Assembly (NCBI RefSeq): GCF_016433145.1
Contig: NC_058135.1
Span: 271,458,546 to 271,522,545, forward strand
Reading direction: 5' to 3'
DNA from: Gracilinanus agilis
Taxonomy: Eukaryota
DNA: 64,000 bases
A program made the position numbers and the translations under genes. This document shows, one piece after another, positions 1 through 13,811 of this stretch (within the stretch, counting starts at the first letter, position 1; the number at the start of each line of letters is the position of its first letter). Under the pieces are notes generated by a model, which had not been told where the DNA came from, did no database searches, and saw only the letters and a program-made list of their open reading frames with translations.

Positions 1-60
1 GGCTTGGAGGCATCCGACAGGCACTGAATACTATGATCTTCCGCCCAAATTTGTCGTCTC
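1..60 (-). CDS. ARHGAP1: ARHGAP1 coding exon (exon 4, partial; runs off window start): (G)DDKFGRKIIVFSACRMPPS
   Basis: Reverse strand reads ctctctcaccctctag|GA GAC GAC AAA TTT GGG CGG AAG ATC ATA GTA TTC AGT GCC TGT CGG ATG CCT CCA AGC; matches the start of the CRAL-TRIO/BCH domain of Cdc42GAP; phase 1 fits the preceding exon. Confidence 0.93.
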
Positions 61-117
61 CTAGAGGGTGAGAGAGACCAAGTCAGAAGGAAGAGCCTTA
101 CTGCACCAATGCAACTA

Positions 118-270
118 TCAATAATATGGAAATGGGTCTTGATTAATGAGACATGTTAAAATAGTGGAAATGTGTGTAGGCTATGGGGGGGGGGGAGAGA
201 GGAAGTAAAAACATGTAACCATGGAAATTTTTTCTAAAAAAATACAATATTTCAATTTAAAAAAAAAAAA
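118..270 (+). mobile_element. L1 3' end fragment with A tail
   Basis: ...aaaacatgtaaccatggaaattttttctaaaaa...An; same family as 63174-63398. Confidence 0.7.
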
Positions 271-1372
271 GAAGGAAGAGTCTGAGAGCAGCCAAGATGT
301 GAAGAAGGCTGCTTCCACGGTCTGCAAAGCACAGCCTGGGATTTTCAAGAGCAAGTCACCAACATTCATGATCTCATCCCAATAATCAGCCCGCACTCCC
401 ATGGCACCCTTGATTACAAAGCGTTTTCCTTAAGAACCCCATAAGGCATGTGGGGCAAGGATCATCATCCCATTTTACAAAAGAGGAAGCTGAGACTCAG
501 GAAAGAGACCTGCTCTGATGGTTCACGTGTGCGCTCCCCACTAGAAGCCAGAGGCCACTGGACCAAGTAAGTGGGGGCGTTTTGAGGGGCAGCAGGGCTA
601 AGGCAACAAGTGTGACACCAATCTGGAGGACCACCTCAGGCTAGCCCAAGGGAGAGTCAGAAAAAGTGGAAAGGTTCAAGGATTCTGAGCCAATAAATAC
701 TGGGGCTGATGTAACTGTAAGATAAATATCTCCCAGGTTAGGTAAGACAATGAGACCCATTTTAGGGGGGAAAAAGAAAAGTCAGACAGGACTCTGCCAA
801 ACAAGGCCAATGTTCTTTCCACTCCACCAGTCCCTGCCTGTTGATGAGCTATCTAAGGAGTCATCATGAGAGGCTACACAGAAATTCCTGAAATATTCTC
901 ACCGCTCCAAACATGCCTGGACTCCACTTTGGGAACTGCCCTCAGAGCTAGTTTATGAACTTGCAAAGGAAATTCATCTCTTCTTCATAAGCATGTAACA
1001 TAGAGCTTAGCTAGAAACCCAGAGGCCATCAGGTCCACCCCCTTCACTTGACGGATGAGGAAACTGAGGGTAAAAAGATTAAGCAACTTTGCCCAAGGCC
1101 TCAGAGCTATTAAGTATTAGAGGGTAGATATGATCCAATCAGGTCTCTGAGACCAGAGCCAGTTCCCACTGGACCACGTTGTCTCGGATCCCTGCATCTT
1201 TCCTGGGCTCAGAGGGATTTTGGGGGGAAAAAAAAAAGCAAATCTAAGCACAGTGGATGAAGGTGGGCTCGGCAAACAGCTAGTATTACAAAACGTAGCA
1301 TTTATTACAAAGTATGTTCAGGCTGTGAAGGCAGAATCTTGAGTAAGGGGAGCATCCTTAGAAAGAGCAAAT

Positions 1373-1568
1373 GGGGACTAGCTAGGTGGCTCAGTAGATG
1401 GAGAGCCAGGCCTGGAGATGAGAGGTCCTGGGTTCAAATATGGCCTCAGATACTTCCTTGGCAAGTCACTTACCCCCATTGCCTGGCCCTTACTGCTTTT
1501 CTGCCTTAGAACCAATACTTACAGCAATTCTAAGACAGAAGGGAAGGTTTGTTTTTTTTTTTTTTTAA
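1373..1568 (+). mobile_element. SINE1-type SINE (older copy); similar copies at about 4887-5090, 6740-6925, 15655-15858, 23642-23855, 23868-24025 and 44668-44860 (+), and 10745-10910, 11090-11275, 12517-12690, 35600-35815, 37985-38186, 39484-39630, 43065-43250 and 43262-43400 (-)
   Basis: Shared GCTCAGT..GAGCCAGGCCT..GGTTCAAAT..GGCAAGTCACTT..CTTCTGCCTT..CAATAC..AAGGTAAGGGTTT core; boundaries approximate. Confidence 0.8.
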
Positions 1569-4500
1569 AGCAAATGGCAGCTGAAGGGAACTCCTTGGAA
1601 AGCCCATGTTTGTTTCCATGTAAAAGTCCTATTTGTTTAAAAGTCACTCAGAGCCAGAGCTAGAATCATTCTGAAGTGAGGACCTGTGGGGTGTGAGGGT
1701 TCACAATGCCTTTTATTCATATACATGTTCCCCTTTGATGAGAAAGAGATATGGCTCCATGGAGACAGCACTCAGGCTCAGACGTCATGCAACATGGCTG
1801 AGAGTCCCAGTGTCTATCCTACAATGAGAGACACTGCCTTCTCCCATGCTGCCCTCATGGTGTTCTTTCAGGACAAGCTATTATGAGGTTTCCTCCCCAC
1901 CCACCCCCAATTCTAAAGCAGCCACATCCTCCTCTTGCAGGCTGAGAAAAGGGAAGCTTGGGCATAGGAATAAAAATTTGGGTGTCTTGCCCAAAGATGA
2001 TTGTAACAGAGGCCTCCTCAAAGGGAGAAATTTTCACGCAGATGCAAATAGTGGCTGCAGGAAAGGGCAAGAGTCACTTGTACTATTTTCATGAACATGA
2101 TATAGGAAGTCATCCTTATCTGAGGATAACTGGTACTGGCAAAGGGCCATCATTTCTGAGTTGAGAGAGAGAAAAGGTTTGATTGAGGTTTTAGCTTGAA
2201 AAAAGAAACATCAAAGTGAGCTTTTTGTCTCCAGTTTAGGATATATTTGTAACTGCACAAATTCTTAGACCAAACCCTGAATCAAATGTCAGGGGAGGGA
2301 TACAATTTCCCCAACAAAATTGTACGCAGAGTGATACAGCATCCTTTGTTTCCTACTTGACTTTTTAGAGCCCAAATATAGAAGAGGGTCATATTGTTGC
2401 AAACATATTCCAGGATGCCATCCGTCTTCCCATGGACCTCTCTGATATTCAAATGAATGATGAAGACCAACCAAGACATTGATACATGGGTAATGAGGCA
2501 GAGCTGGACCACAGGGATAAACTCAGCCTGAGGAGGGACAACTCATTTCAGAAATGATCTATATGTTATTGAATATTTTCATGTTATGATGACTTTTGTT
2601 TCTTTATGCAATCTTCTAGGGAGGCAGCATGGTGCGATGGGTGGCAAGCCAGCCCTGAAGTTGGCCAGAACAGCCTCTGTTATCACACAGTCTGATCCAA
2701 AACAAATCACTGTAGCTCTTGGTTCTCCTAGCAACTGACTCTCGGGTTGTCCAATGGTTATTGATCTGTACTGGAGAAGGGAGGACCCCTGTACTCAACT
2801 GCCCTACACCATCTGCCTGGCCAATGGCTACTGATCACCTAACCCTGAATTTACAGGATCCCTCCTTCCCCATCCCAGGATAACCTTCCAATGGGCTTAT
2901 TATTAGATGGATGGCTCTCCTGACCCTTTCCTTTAGGTGGCTTGGCAGTCTTCCCAAAGTGGTGACCCCCGAGGCTCTGAGCTCTGTTATTTCAAAGTGT
3001 TATGGTGTGGAAATGGTAGTGATAATAACCTCGAGCTCAGCCTTGCACTTAGGATGTGTTACTGTGTTCATTTTTTCAGCAGGCAGGGGCTCTTGCAAAA
3101 GGTAGCAAGGAGGCACTGAGGCAGTGGCTGGCCTATGCATCCTCAAAAGCTGGCTTTTCCAAATTTAATTTAATTCCTTACTCCTAATAATAGGTTCAAG
3201 TGAGTCCTCCTCCTTTGAGATTCCTTTCAGTATCTCCCTGAAGCAGAGTCTGAGGCTCATATCCAGCTAATAAGAGTCCCTTTTCCCCTCCCACACACCC
3301 CATGACTCTTCCCCCAGAGGACTTCCCCCAGCTGTTCTTGACCTGTCCCTTCTATGAATGTACCACAACCAGTCTGAGAGAGGCTCCTCAATAGGACCCT
3401 GGATACACTGAGGAATGATAAAAGCAGAGATGGAGACACAGCTGCCCAAGTGAGCTGGTCCTATCTGAGGAAAGTCCTATTCTTCATGTAAATGGGCATG
3501 GAGATAATTAATCTGTTAGGCCAGTCCATCTTAACTCCCAGAGGGAAGGACCTGGAGCATGGATGTACTTCTGAGGAAAAGGAAGCTCTACTTCCAAAGC
3601 AGGTGTACCTGGCCCAGCTACACTGTGTCTCTACCCAGAAGGGACCAAGATGAACAGACAGGATGGTTTATCTGTGGAGCTTAGATACAGAGGGGACCGA
3701 GGAACTGGCTGGGAAGGGGTGAGGGCCTGGGTCTCACAGTGAAAGCCACAAGGGCAGCTAAAGAGACCCTTCTGGGGCCACTCTGACCAAGAGGACAAGT
3801 GCTAGAACAAACATGGAAAATGCCCATGGGAAAGAGCCTCCAAGGAGAGCTTCCCGACCCTGGGCTTAAGAAGTGAGAAGGAGCAGGTGAAAGGGCTCCT
3901 CTGGGGATGGCCACTGTGTGCTGAAACCACATGGGTCTGCCAGCAAGGCCTCTTCTGGATTCCCCAGATACCAATCAGGAAGTCTCCCCAAGGGTTAATC
4001 AGCAACAGCAGTCCCTGCTGCAGACTGGAAGGGCCAACCACACCCACACCCACACTCAATCCAGGAGGAAGGTCCAAAGTGGGGACTAAAGGAGAAACTT
4101 CCACAAAGGAGGCAAGCTTGGGAGTGAACATGGATGCACGCCCTCCTCCAGTCCACTAGGGACATACTCGGTATCCTGTTCCATATGTCCATGGCTCTAG
4201 ACCAGGGTCCCCAAATTCTTCTAGCCCTCTTAATGGGTTTCTACACCCCACAGATGGGCTGCCCCACTCAGGGGTGCTCTCAGGAGAGAAGCCTTGGGCC
4301 CTTCATCTCCAGCTTTGATCAGCTTCTGTACTTCCTGGCAAAGACACTCTGCAAATCCTACTGGGGTGAAGACAGAGATGGGCACAAAGCATTCTACTCT
4401 GAGACACCTTTCCCATGGATTTCTGGCCCGGAGTGCCTTCCTGCTCAACCCTAACGCTTCCTGGGTCAAGTCATTGGCTTCGCCCCATACCAATGCCACC

Positions 4501-5489
4501 ATCTGCCACCAGGAGAAGGGCTGCAATCCCGCCAGCCCCACTCAATCCCCACCAGAGAGCCCCTCCTAATTAACACCACCAGAGGCTGTGAGCCCCAAAG
4601 GCCAGAGTGCAGAGCCCCAGGATCCCACCTACCTGGCTGGCCCCCTTCAGACTCACCAAACCCTGGAGAAACAGAAAAAAGTTGCAGTTCTATTTCCCCA
4701 GGATCCCTTGGTTGGGGGCAGAAGAGGTCCAGGCAGAGAACAAAGCCACCATCCTCTAGGATATTCCATCTCTGTTATCCTCCACTATGCATGTAGTCCA
4801 CAGAACAGTCCTATGAGGAGGACTGTCATTCACAACATTAAACACACACCCTCTGATGGAGCTGAAGCCAGCGCCTGGAGACTCCAGGGGGCAGCCCAGG
4901 GTGGCTCAGTGGATAGAGAGCCAAGCCTGGAGATAGGAGGTCCTGGGTTCAAATTTGGCCTCAGATACTTCCTGGGCAAGTCACTTAATCCCACTGCCTA
5001 GCCCTTACTGCTCTTCTGTCTTGGAATTGATACACAGTATTGATTCTAAGAGAGAAGGTAAGGGTTTAAAAAAAAGAAAGAAAGAAAGAAACACCTCCAG
5101 GAGGTGAGTCCAGACTTGGAGCATGCCAGGCCTTCCCACCAGAACTGTACAAGCCCAGGGGGAGGAAACACCTGCACTAATATACTCAATGGAGCCCAAA
5201 GCACAAGTGGAAGGCAAAGAACTTATATGAAGAAAGGATGACTTTGGGGTTGGGGAGACCTCTCCAGCTTTCCTGCCTCTGTCCCAATGCAGGGCTCCCC
5301 ACATGCTGGGCTCTGCTGGCCCCCAAGGACATCACTCAGCACCTTTTCTCCCCAAGGGGCTGGACCCAGCTGTCTCTCCTGACTCCACACAAGCCTCCAA
5401 CTCGCTCTCATGTAAGAGCCCCTCTCCGCCTTTGCCCATCGGTGTTACTCCAGTGTCAGTGCAAGGGGAAGACAGGAAGCTTTGCTCAC

Positions 5490-5585
5490 CTGCCACCTCC
5501 ACGATCTGGTGTCGGGCAATGTCATAGTAAGGGTCATCCCATTTCAGATGTGTGCTAGGATCTGGAGAACTGCTCTTGGAGTCAT
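5490..5585 (-). CDS. ARHGAP1: ARHGAP1 exon 3 (96 nt): DDSKSSSPDPSTHLKWDDPYYDIARHQIVEVA
   Basis: ORF 5332..5628; acceptor ttctcag|AT, donor GCAG|GTGAG; near-identical to mammalian ARHGAP1. Confidence 0.96.
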
Positions 5586-5790
5586 CTGAGAAGCAAGAGA
5601 TATATGCCATAGTTATAGTGCAATCCATGGGGCAGGGTTCTCCATGACTCCCTTCTCACCCCTGAACATAAACTTCCAATCTGGTTCCGGGGCCTCTTCC
5701 TCTGGTTTCCTACCTAGAGCTCTCTCCCTGCCCCTGCCCCTGCCCCTGCCCTCCCACTTCTCCTGTTGCCCAGGGTCAATAAATGCCCAC

Positions 5791-5923
5791 CTGATTTGGA
5801 AAAGTCTGGCATCTCATCAGAGGGCCAGTTTTTATCATCAATGGAAGCCAGCTTCAGTTGGTTCAGGGCCTCATCGGTGTTATCAAAGGTTAAGTCATCC
5901 TGCAGGTCAGAGAGAGGATCCAT
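5791..5923 (-). CDS. ARHGAP1: ARHGAP1 first coding exon (133 nt CDS): MDPLSDLQDDLTFDNTDEALNQLKLASIDDKNWPSDEMPDFSKS; exon extends to acceptor at 5957
   Basis: ORF 5714..6169; donor TCAG|GTGGG; acceptor ttttccag| at 5958; a second in-frame ATG lies 2 codons upstream (5929). Confidence 0.96.
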
Positions 5924-8900
5924 GGCCATGATATCAGTTGGTCTCGTCCTGCAGAGCCTGGAAAAGATACTGAAAGGGTCACAGAGCTGGTCTAGAGCAG
6001 AGTCTTTTCTCTGCTGGCTATAAGGTCCACTGCAAGCTTCACCCAGCTCCCCTGATCTGTGTTGCAAGTTGCCTGAAGTTCTGGGCTCTCCTTGCCTCCC
6101 ACAGATTGGGGATCTTGCCAGAGATGGCAGCTGGGACGCAGGACGGCTCAATTCAGCGCCTCCCTTCAAATCTCCCAGCTGGGTGGGGGAAGGGCTGTGC
6201 CAGGCTCTGCACTGCCCACCTCCCAGCTGCTCAGGCTACAGCATCATCATCATGGTCTCCAGCTACAAAAGGGAAGGACACAGTCTCTTCCCAAATGACT
6301 CTGGTGGGAGGCTCCCTTTCCAAAGGCCATGCAGAGAACAAACAGAGGTAGGCTCCCTTCTTTGGCCTAGGCCCTTAATTTTAAAAAGCAGAGGCCAAGA
6401 AGCACATGGGTGCACATGATCTCATTCTAGGAAGGAGCTGCTGTTGGTCTGGCTATGGTCTTACCACCTCCATCTCTCCCAGTAACTCCAGGCCCATCCT
6501 GGCCTTTCATTCACTCAGGCAATAAACGGTTCCAAACCACTTGCTATATTTTAGGTTCTCTGCTTGTGATACCAGTGATAGGAAGGAAAAACAAAAGGGC
6601 ACCCACTCCCCTTTTTCTTTCTCTGAGAGCAAAGACCCCAAACGCATGCCAAGGAAATAGAAAGTCACCTGGGACCAGTGGGAAGGGAGTTAACCACTGG
6701 ATAAACAAGAAAAAGCCTCCTGGAAGAAGAGGAAGCCCTAGCAGCAGCCAAGTGGTTCAGCAGATAGAGAACCAGGCCTGGAAATGAGAAGTCCTGGGTT
6801 CAAATGTGGCCTTGGGCCCTTCCTAGCTGGGCAAATCACAACCCCCATTGCCTAGCCCTTACTGCTCTTCTGCCTTGAAACCAATACACAGCACTGATTC
6901 TAAAATAGAAAGTAAGGATTATAAAGAAATGACTCAAAAGTAGGTGATTGTCCTCACTAGAAACAGGGAAGTCAGGTTAGGTAGGTTCAGTGGAGAGATA
7001 AGGAGTTCTATTTTGAACATGTTCAGTTCATAAGAAAAAGTACAGGATCCCAGATAGGATCCAGCAATGGAGACCATGTCAGGAATGGGACAGAGATAGA
7101 GTCAGGGCGGATAAGTGCCAGAAGCCCGGAACTTCCCAAGCCAACTCTGCTCTGAGGTCATCTCAGTGGAAACTCAGGAGTATTGCTAGAAAAAATTCTG
7201 CCCTTCTAGGACTAGATGAGAAAATGAGAAGCCTGGGGGAGAGGTGAGAAGAAAAGAAAGAAACATTCAGAGCACTAAGACTTGGGAGAGGAGGAGTGGA
7301 AAAATATTCCCTGGATTAGAGATCCAGGGAAGAGCTGGGTCCAAAGCTGGGATTCCTTCTGCTCCCTGGGGCTTGGATTCCAGTCATAAAAAGCAGGGTG
7401 TGGCCATGTGCGGTTAGAAGGTGGGCCTCTTTAAGCCCCCACAAACTCTAAAGAGCAAGCACCTCTCAGCCTGACAGATCACCATATGGGTAAGGGAAAA
7501 AATCCCAGATCAATCTGCTCCCGGCTAGAAGTCCCAGGAGAGAGCCTGCTCAGAGCTCAGACACATTCCGAGAGCCCAAACAAGACATATATGGTCAGAG
7601 GATCGGGAGGAAAGATAAGGAAGTCATTGACAAGGCCATGATGGGGTGGCAGTGAGGAGGAGGGGAGCACAACCTGCAAGCCCGTGGCCCAGATCCGGAA
7701 CTCCTCTGAGCCATGAAGTAATGGGACAGCTACGCATTGGCAGCCCTGGCTGAGGACTGAGATGGCAGATTGCCTCCGAGCACCTAGCAACCAGCTCCCG
7801 TAACCACAGCAACCATGCTGACTCAGTGTTTAAAAGCTGCTCGCAGCTCCTGATCTGCTTGGAGCCAGAGCCAGGAAGCCCTTCGACCAACGAGAAACTC
7901 CTCCTGCTTGTCCCCAAAAGAATGCTGCTACCCTGAACCTCTTCCACCAAAGCAAGATGCCATTTTCCTCACCAAAAGCAGTTCTCTACAAGGAAAATAT
8001 TCTTTTCCTTCCGAGTACCCTGTTCTTCCCCCTTCTGCTCCCAATCCCTACTCAAGGGTCACTGCCTTGTAACACTGACTTCTCAGAGAGGCGGGGGACA
8101 AAGTACTTGGCAAACCTGAAATCACTCTAAAGCAGAAATTGCCTTTTTTTCCACCTTTTTTTAAAAGGGAGATTGCATTTTATAAATCCCAAACCAGGAC
8201 CGTCGTTCAGCTTTGCTTTATTGTCCCAATCGCAGGGAAGTTAACATTAGCACACCTGGCACCTGCTCCAGACCAAATGAAGACCAAGTTCTGCCCTGCC
8301 CGCTGGGCACCTAACCTACTTCACTCCCAGCCCCACATCCCAGAAAAAGGAACCTATCTTCTTGGGGTGTTTCCTTTTTGAGTCCACTTTTTACTCAGCT
8401 CAGTGACATAGTTTATTCAGTTACTATTTGCTAAAATGTTACAGGGCAAGTCCTAGTACAATACACAGAACATTGGCCCTGAGGTCAGAGGCCTGCCTCA
8501 TAGGGCACAGAAGAGAAGTGAGGCGCTCTAGTACGGTGGACAGAGCCTGCATCTGGCCTCAGAAATCCTGTGTATGACTCTTGATTTGCTGCCACTTAAT
8601 AGTGGTGTGACTAGCAAGTCACTCCTTGGCTGATCTCAGTTTTCTCATCAGTGATAACCCCCCCCCCCAAAATGTGAGTGATTAGGAACCAGAACAGCCT
8701 GCCCCAGAATATAGTGGACTCCCTCTCTCAAAGTTCTCAATGTGGACTAGACGGACAATCCCTTCTTGGGGGGAAAAAACAGGTGTATAAAAGAGACATG
8801 TCTCTGGGGAAAGCTGGCTGTGAAGCCAGATGACCAGGTCTAATTCCTAGTTCTGTGGCCTTGGGCAAGTCACTTAGCCTCTACAGGCCTCAGTTTTCTC

Positions 8901-9997
8901 ATCTATAAAATGTCAAATTTGGACTAGAAGGCATATGAATTCATTTCTAATTGTTGAGCCATGATCCTCTGATTGTCTGACATTCTAGGATGATACATGA
9001 ATTTATGAGGACTATCCTGGGAAATCTGGTCATTATAATCATATCTGACTCCCACAATATGATTCGCTTTCCAAATACTCTTACAGAATCAAAAAATGTC
9101 AAGAGGGCCATAAAATCACCCAACTCGAGTCCCTCTGATTTTATACAGAATTAGAGGATCTCCAAGTTGGGAGGAAACTCAGAGGCTCTCAGATCTAAAC
9201 CCTGGCTGTTCAGGAACCTTCCTTGTAACACAGGAGTGGGGATGGCTAGCTCAAAGGGACCTTAGGGTCACTGAGGCCAATGCCCTTGTTTGAGATAGAG
9301 AGAAACTGAGGCCCAAGAAGAGGTGGAGACTTGTCAGAGGTCTCGCAGGTCTGAAGTAGCAGAACAAGGAATTAGACCTAGAAAACCAAGGTTTTCTAAC
9401 TCTGGGGCTCAGCAGTCTGGCTTTCACTCAGAGACCTCTAGGGAGAAGCAAACTACTACTTCCCAGGACAGTCCATTCCACTTTTGAGTCACTCCAATTC
9501 TTGAGAATTGGAGAAAACTATGATTTAGCTGGAGGGAGGGACTTGCTGGTCTCACCACACCACTAGTCCATGGAGCTGAGCCTAGGCCGTCTGACTCAAC
9601 AGCCAGGACCCCCCTCCATACCACACCATACACTGCTTTCCTCATGTCCACTCTATGCCATTTGGGCCCTCCCCTGGAGGCATTCCCCAGCTAACATTCT
9701 TGTGTCCCAGGGGCACAAGGAGGAAGGGAGCTCAGGAGGGCAGTTGCTAGAGGAGACTCAAGCCAGATGCTCTGCTGTCCCCCAAGTCTAATGCTCTCCA
9801 TAGTCCCACCTCTGCCACTGGGTCCAATGTGCCATTCTGGAGACCTGAGTTTTCCCATGGGTGGAATAAAAAGCTACATGAGCTTTAAAAAATCTCTCCA
9901 GCTCTAAAATGGAGAGAGTAGCTGGGAGCTCAAGTATGTGCAAGGAAGGAAGGAGGCCAACCTTTGAAAGAAGGCTCAACTTGAAATTTCACCTCCA

Positions 9998-10190
9998 GGG
10001 GCAGCTGGGTAGCTCAGTGGAGTGAGAGTCAGGCCTAGAGATGGGAGGTCCTAGGTTCAAACTCGGCCTCAGCCACTTCCCAGCTGTGTCACCCTGGGCA
10101 AGTCACTTGACCCCCACTGCCCACCCTTACCACTCTTCCACCTATGAGACAATACACCGAAGTTAAGGGTTAAAAAAAAAAAAAAAAAAA
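9998..10190 (+). mobile_element. Young SINE1_Mdo-type SINE with 14-bp TSD GAAATTTCACCTCC
   Basis: GGGGCAGCTGGGTAGCTCAGTGG..GGTTCAAA A/B boxes, long A tail, TSD 9983-9996 / 10191-10204. Confidence 0.92.
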
Positions 10191-12749
10191 GAAATTTCAC
10201 CTCCTTTCTGCAACGTTCCTACTTTCACTTCCTGACTGCATTCACCCTTCCTGGATGACCCCCATCAGCTTCTCTGAAGCTACAGAGAATGAACTCATCA
10301 CAATCGCACAAAGCTGCTCCCTAGCATTCCCATCTAAGAGGGCAGACAAGAAGGGAATACTTTAGACTGGCCCAAGTAATCTCCAGCCTAAGGCAGGATT
10401 CACAGAGCCCAGCTTGAAAAGGCCTCTGTCCTGCCTTACTCCCTGCAAATCATTTCATAACCAATGATTCTGCTCCTTCCTTTCTGGGGGGAAAAAACCA
10501 CCAATGCAGCTCATTGGAGCAAAACCAAAGGTCAGAGACAATGAGACTCTTCAGCATGGTGCCACCGGAAAGTGTCCATGGTCCTCCCTGGAGTTAATCT
10601 AAGTCTTTAATCATCAAAGAATGAAACCCTTAAAAGCTCCACTGAATGAATCAAGCCAGGGGCCCAGATTTTTAAAAAGAGGCCAGGCTTAAAAGAGGTG
10701 GATTACCCTGATCCTGAAGAGGGTAAGGAAGGAGGCTTTCAACCCTTACCTTCCGTCATAGACTAGACAGTATCAGTTCCAAGGTAAAAGAATTGTAAAG
10801 GCTAGGCAATGGAGGTTAAGTGACTTGCCCTAGTCCATACAACCAAGCAGTTTGAACTCAGGACCTCTTGTCTCCCAGTTTGGCTCTCTATCCACTGAGC
10901 CACCTAGCTTTCAAGTAGCTTACTTACCAAATGTCTGTCCCTACTAAGTTATTCCCACCTAGAGCTGAAATTGCTGCCTTACTCTTTACTGCTACAAGAT
11001 AAATGGGTTGGAGCTACTTTGAACTTTAATCTTTCTCATCTCTCTGGTGCCAGGTCAAAAATAAAACCACACTGGTACCCCCTTGATAATTTTTTTTTTT
11101 AAACTCTTACCTTCTGGCTTGGAATCAATACTGTGTATTGGTTTCAAGACAGAAGAGTGGTAAGGGCTAGGCAATGGGGCTTAAGTGACTTGCCCAGGGT
11201 CACATAGCTAGGAAGTATCTGAGGCTAGATTTGAACCCAGGACATCCAGGCTCTGGGCCTGACTCTCAATTGGTAATTTCTTTCTGACAGGACATGCCCC
11301 ACACTAGGAAAGTCTCCCCTTATCCATCATCTGAGATTATGACAATAAACTGACCTGGGGGAATCCACAAAAATCCCAACCTGGCAAGGCTTTATCTCCT
11401 CCAAGGAAAATAGGAAGGGAAGGAATAAACAAGGCTATAGTCCCAGAAGGATACCGGGGAAAGACTGGAACATACTGGGGTAATAGGGCTGGAGCAAATT
11501 CTGGCTCCTAATCTACAGAGTCTCTGTCCAACCGCTACAGATTTGTCTCACCATGGCCCTGTCCCACAGCTCTGAACCCAAATGATGAGCACTTGTCCCT
11601 AGGCTCAGCCTCATGTCACCCCACCCCACTTTTGACCAAAATCTGAGGACCTGGGCTTTGCTGCTTACTAGCTGAATGGCCTTGGGCAAGCCCACTTCAT
11701 GGGGGGGGGGGGTGCACTCAGTTTCCTTATCTGTAAAATGAGAGAGCTGAAATACATCATCCATTCCCTTAGGTTCTTTCTACCTCTTGAAGCCTGGTGA
11801 CCTAGATTTGACTCCCATTTGTAGCCAAGTGACCGAGGGAAAGTTATTTCCCTCAACAATAAATTAAACAAACATTTATAAGCACAGGATCAAAGGCTCC
11901 TATTCTGATCTCCGGATGTTTCAGGACACCCACTATTCCCAGTGTACACTGTCCAGTTGCCAGGGGAGGAGTGATGCAGACACTGCTGGGATGAGAATGT
12001 GGGTTCCTCTTGGTGCAAAGGGGAAGGTACTAAGCATAGATGCACTTGTAGCAGGTTCAGGGTCTTCCAGAAAACAGAGTCCAACCCCGTGAGGCCTTAA
12101 ACTCCTCCAGGGCAGATTACATCACTTTTCACCAGAGTGTTGTTCCCAGCCCACTTAATGAGTGCGGTGGAGAGCTTCGACACACATCAAAGGCTTCTCA
12201 GCCAACTCCCTCACTTCACAGATAACAGAAATAACCCTTGCTCGCTGGGGCCCCTCCAGAATCCCCAGGCACCTTTGCAGAAGATCAAAGACCTAGAGCA
12301 GTTTTACATGCATGGACTTCGTGGCAAAAGGGGAGGGATGGGCTGGGGTCTACAATCCTTCGGTCATGGAGGGGCTGTCACAGACTGAGGCCCAGCAAGG
12401 GTACACCTGGGAAGGTGGGGGTGGAAGGAGGAATTTATGGAAGGGAAAACTGAGGCACGAAGCAGCAGTCCGATTGAGCCCAACTCCCTCACCCTTCCTG
12501 GACACCCAATTGCCTTGGTTTTTTTTTTTAACCCTTCTCTTCAGTCTCAGAATCAATACTTGCATCGGTTCCCAGAGCAGAAGAGTACGTGCTCGGCAAT
12601 AGAGGTTAAGTGACTTGTCCAGAGTCACATATATAAAGTGTCTGAGACCATATCTGATCCCTATACCTGGCTCTCTATCACGGAGCCTTCTACCTGCCCC
12701 CCACACCCCTGCCTTGTGGAAACTGAGGCTCAGAACGAGGGGAAGTGAG

Positions 12750-13350
12750 CCCTCATCCACGGTCACTGCGCCGTGGAGACCTACGCCCCTGCGGGAGGGA
12801 AGCTGCAGGCGCAGGGCCAAGCCCGTTCTAGTAAAGGTCGGGGTCACCGATAAGATTCCCTCCCCTCCCCCAAGCGGCTCCAGCCCCGCTCACCACTGCC
12901 GCCTCCGCCGCCGCTGCCTGTCAAAGCTCCGCCAACATCCGGCTCCGAAGCGGACGCACAGAGAGAGGAAGGAAGGGAAGGAGAGAGGGAGGGAGGGAGG
13001 GAGGTCCGCCGGCCACCCTTCGCAGGCACTCTTACAGACCCACACCCACGCCGGCGCCAACGCCCAAGCACTTCCGCCCCGCTGCGTGCCCACTTCCTGC
13101 CCTCTGCCCGAAACAAACAGGGCTCCGATCCGCGGCTTCCGCTCCTGTCCGAGACCATTAGTGCCCGCTTCCGCTCCGAAGGAGTGAGGTGGAGAAATAA
13201 GGTTCCACCGGCACTTGGAGACCCGCGGAGCTGCGCTCCGAGCGCATGCGTGCTAGGTATACCACTAAGGGGCTTGCAAGATACTGGAGTAACCACCCTG
13301 GAACTAGCGAGCCCAGAGTAAATAAAGGGAAGTCATGGGTGTGGCGCGGA
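12750..13350. promoter_or_regulatory. CpG-island promoter of ARHGAP1 (possibly bidirectional)
   Basis: Dense CpG; ETS/GABP-type ACTTCCG at 13070-13076, further CTTCCG copies, NRF1-like GCGCATGCG at 13242-13250. Confidence 0.8.
12894..13080 (-). other. ARHGAP1: Probable non-coding exon 1 of ARHGAP1 (5' end approximate)
   Basis: GC-rich CGG/GGC leader in a CpG island ending in donor CAGTG|GTGAGC at 12894/12893. Confidence 0.65.
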
Positions 13351-13811
13351 AAGGGCCTTAGAATTGGGCCAGTCCCTGGCTGCTAGGTGGTGCCATGAAG
13401 AGTGCACTGGGCTTGGAATCTAGAATACCAACCCCAGACTCTTACAGGCTGTGTGACCAAGGGCAAGTCATTTACCCTGTTTGCCTCAGTTTCCCCATCT
13501 GGAAAATGGCAAACCACTCCAGTATCTTTTGCTAGGAAAATTCCCAAGGAGTCAGGAAGAGTCATTGAAGACTGAACAACAACAACTTGTTATTTAGCAA
13601 CAGCTCGCTCAATGTCTAACCCATCTTGACAGTTAATAAATGCTTCTTGACTTGAAGTGGAGATACGTTACTGGACTTGGAGTTGGGAAGTCTTGTGTGC
13701 CAGTCCTGCCCTAGACTCTTCATTTCTGCCTGTGCTTAGGGGGATAGAAGAAATAATGATAGCATACACCTCCCAGGGTTGTTGTAAGGATCTAATGAGG
13801 AAGTCTTCCCT

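Noticed and set aside
9998-10060. tRNA-like A/B boxes (GCTCAGTGG...GGTTCAAA) here and in ~20 other places
   Set aside because: Heads of tRNA-derived SINEs; no cloverleaf, so not tRNA genes
12350-13296. 150-190 aa ORFs at the ARHGAP1 promoter
   Set aside because: CpG-island and SINE sequence with no domain similarity or coding-like features
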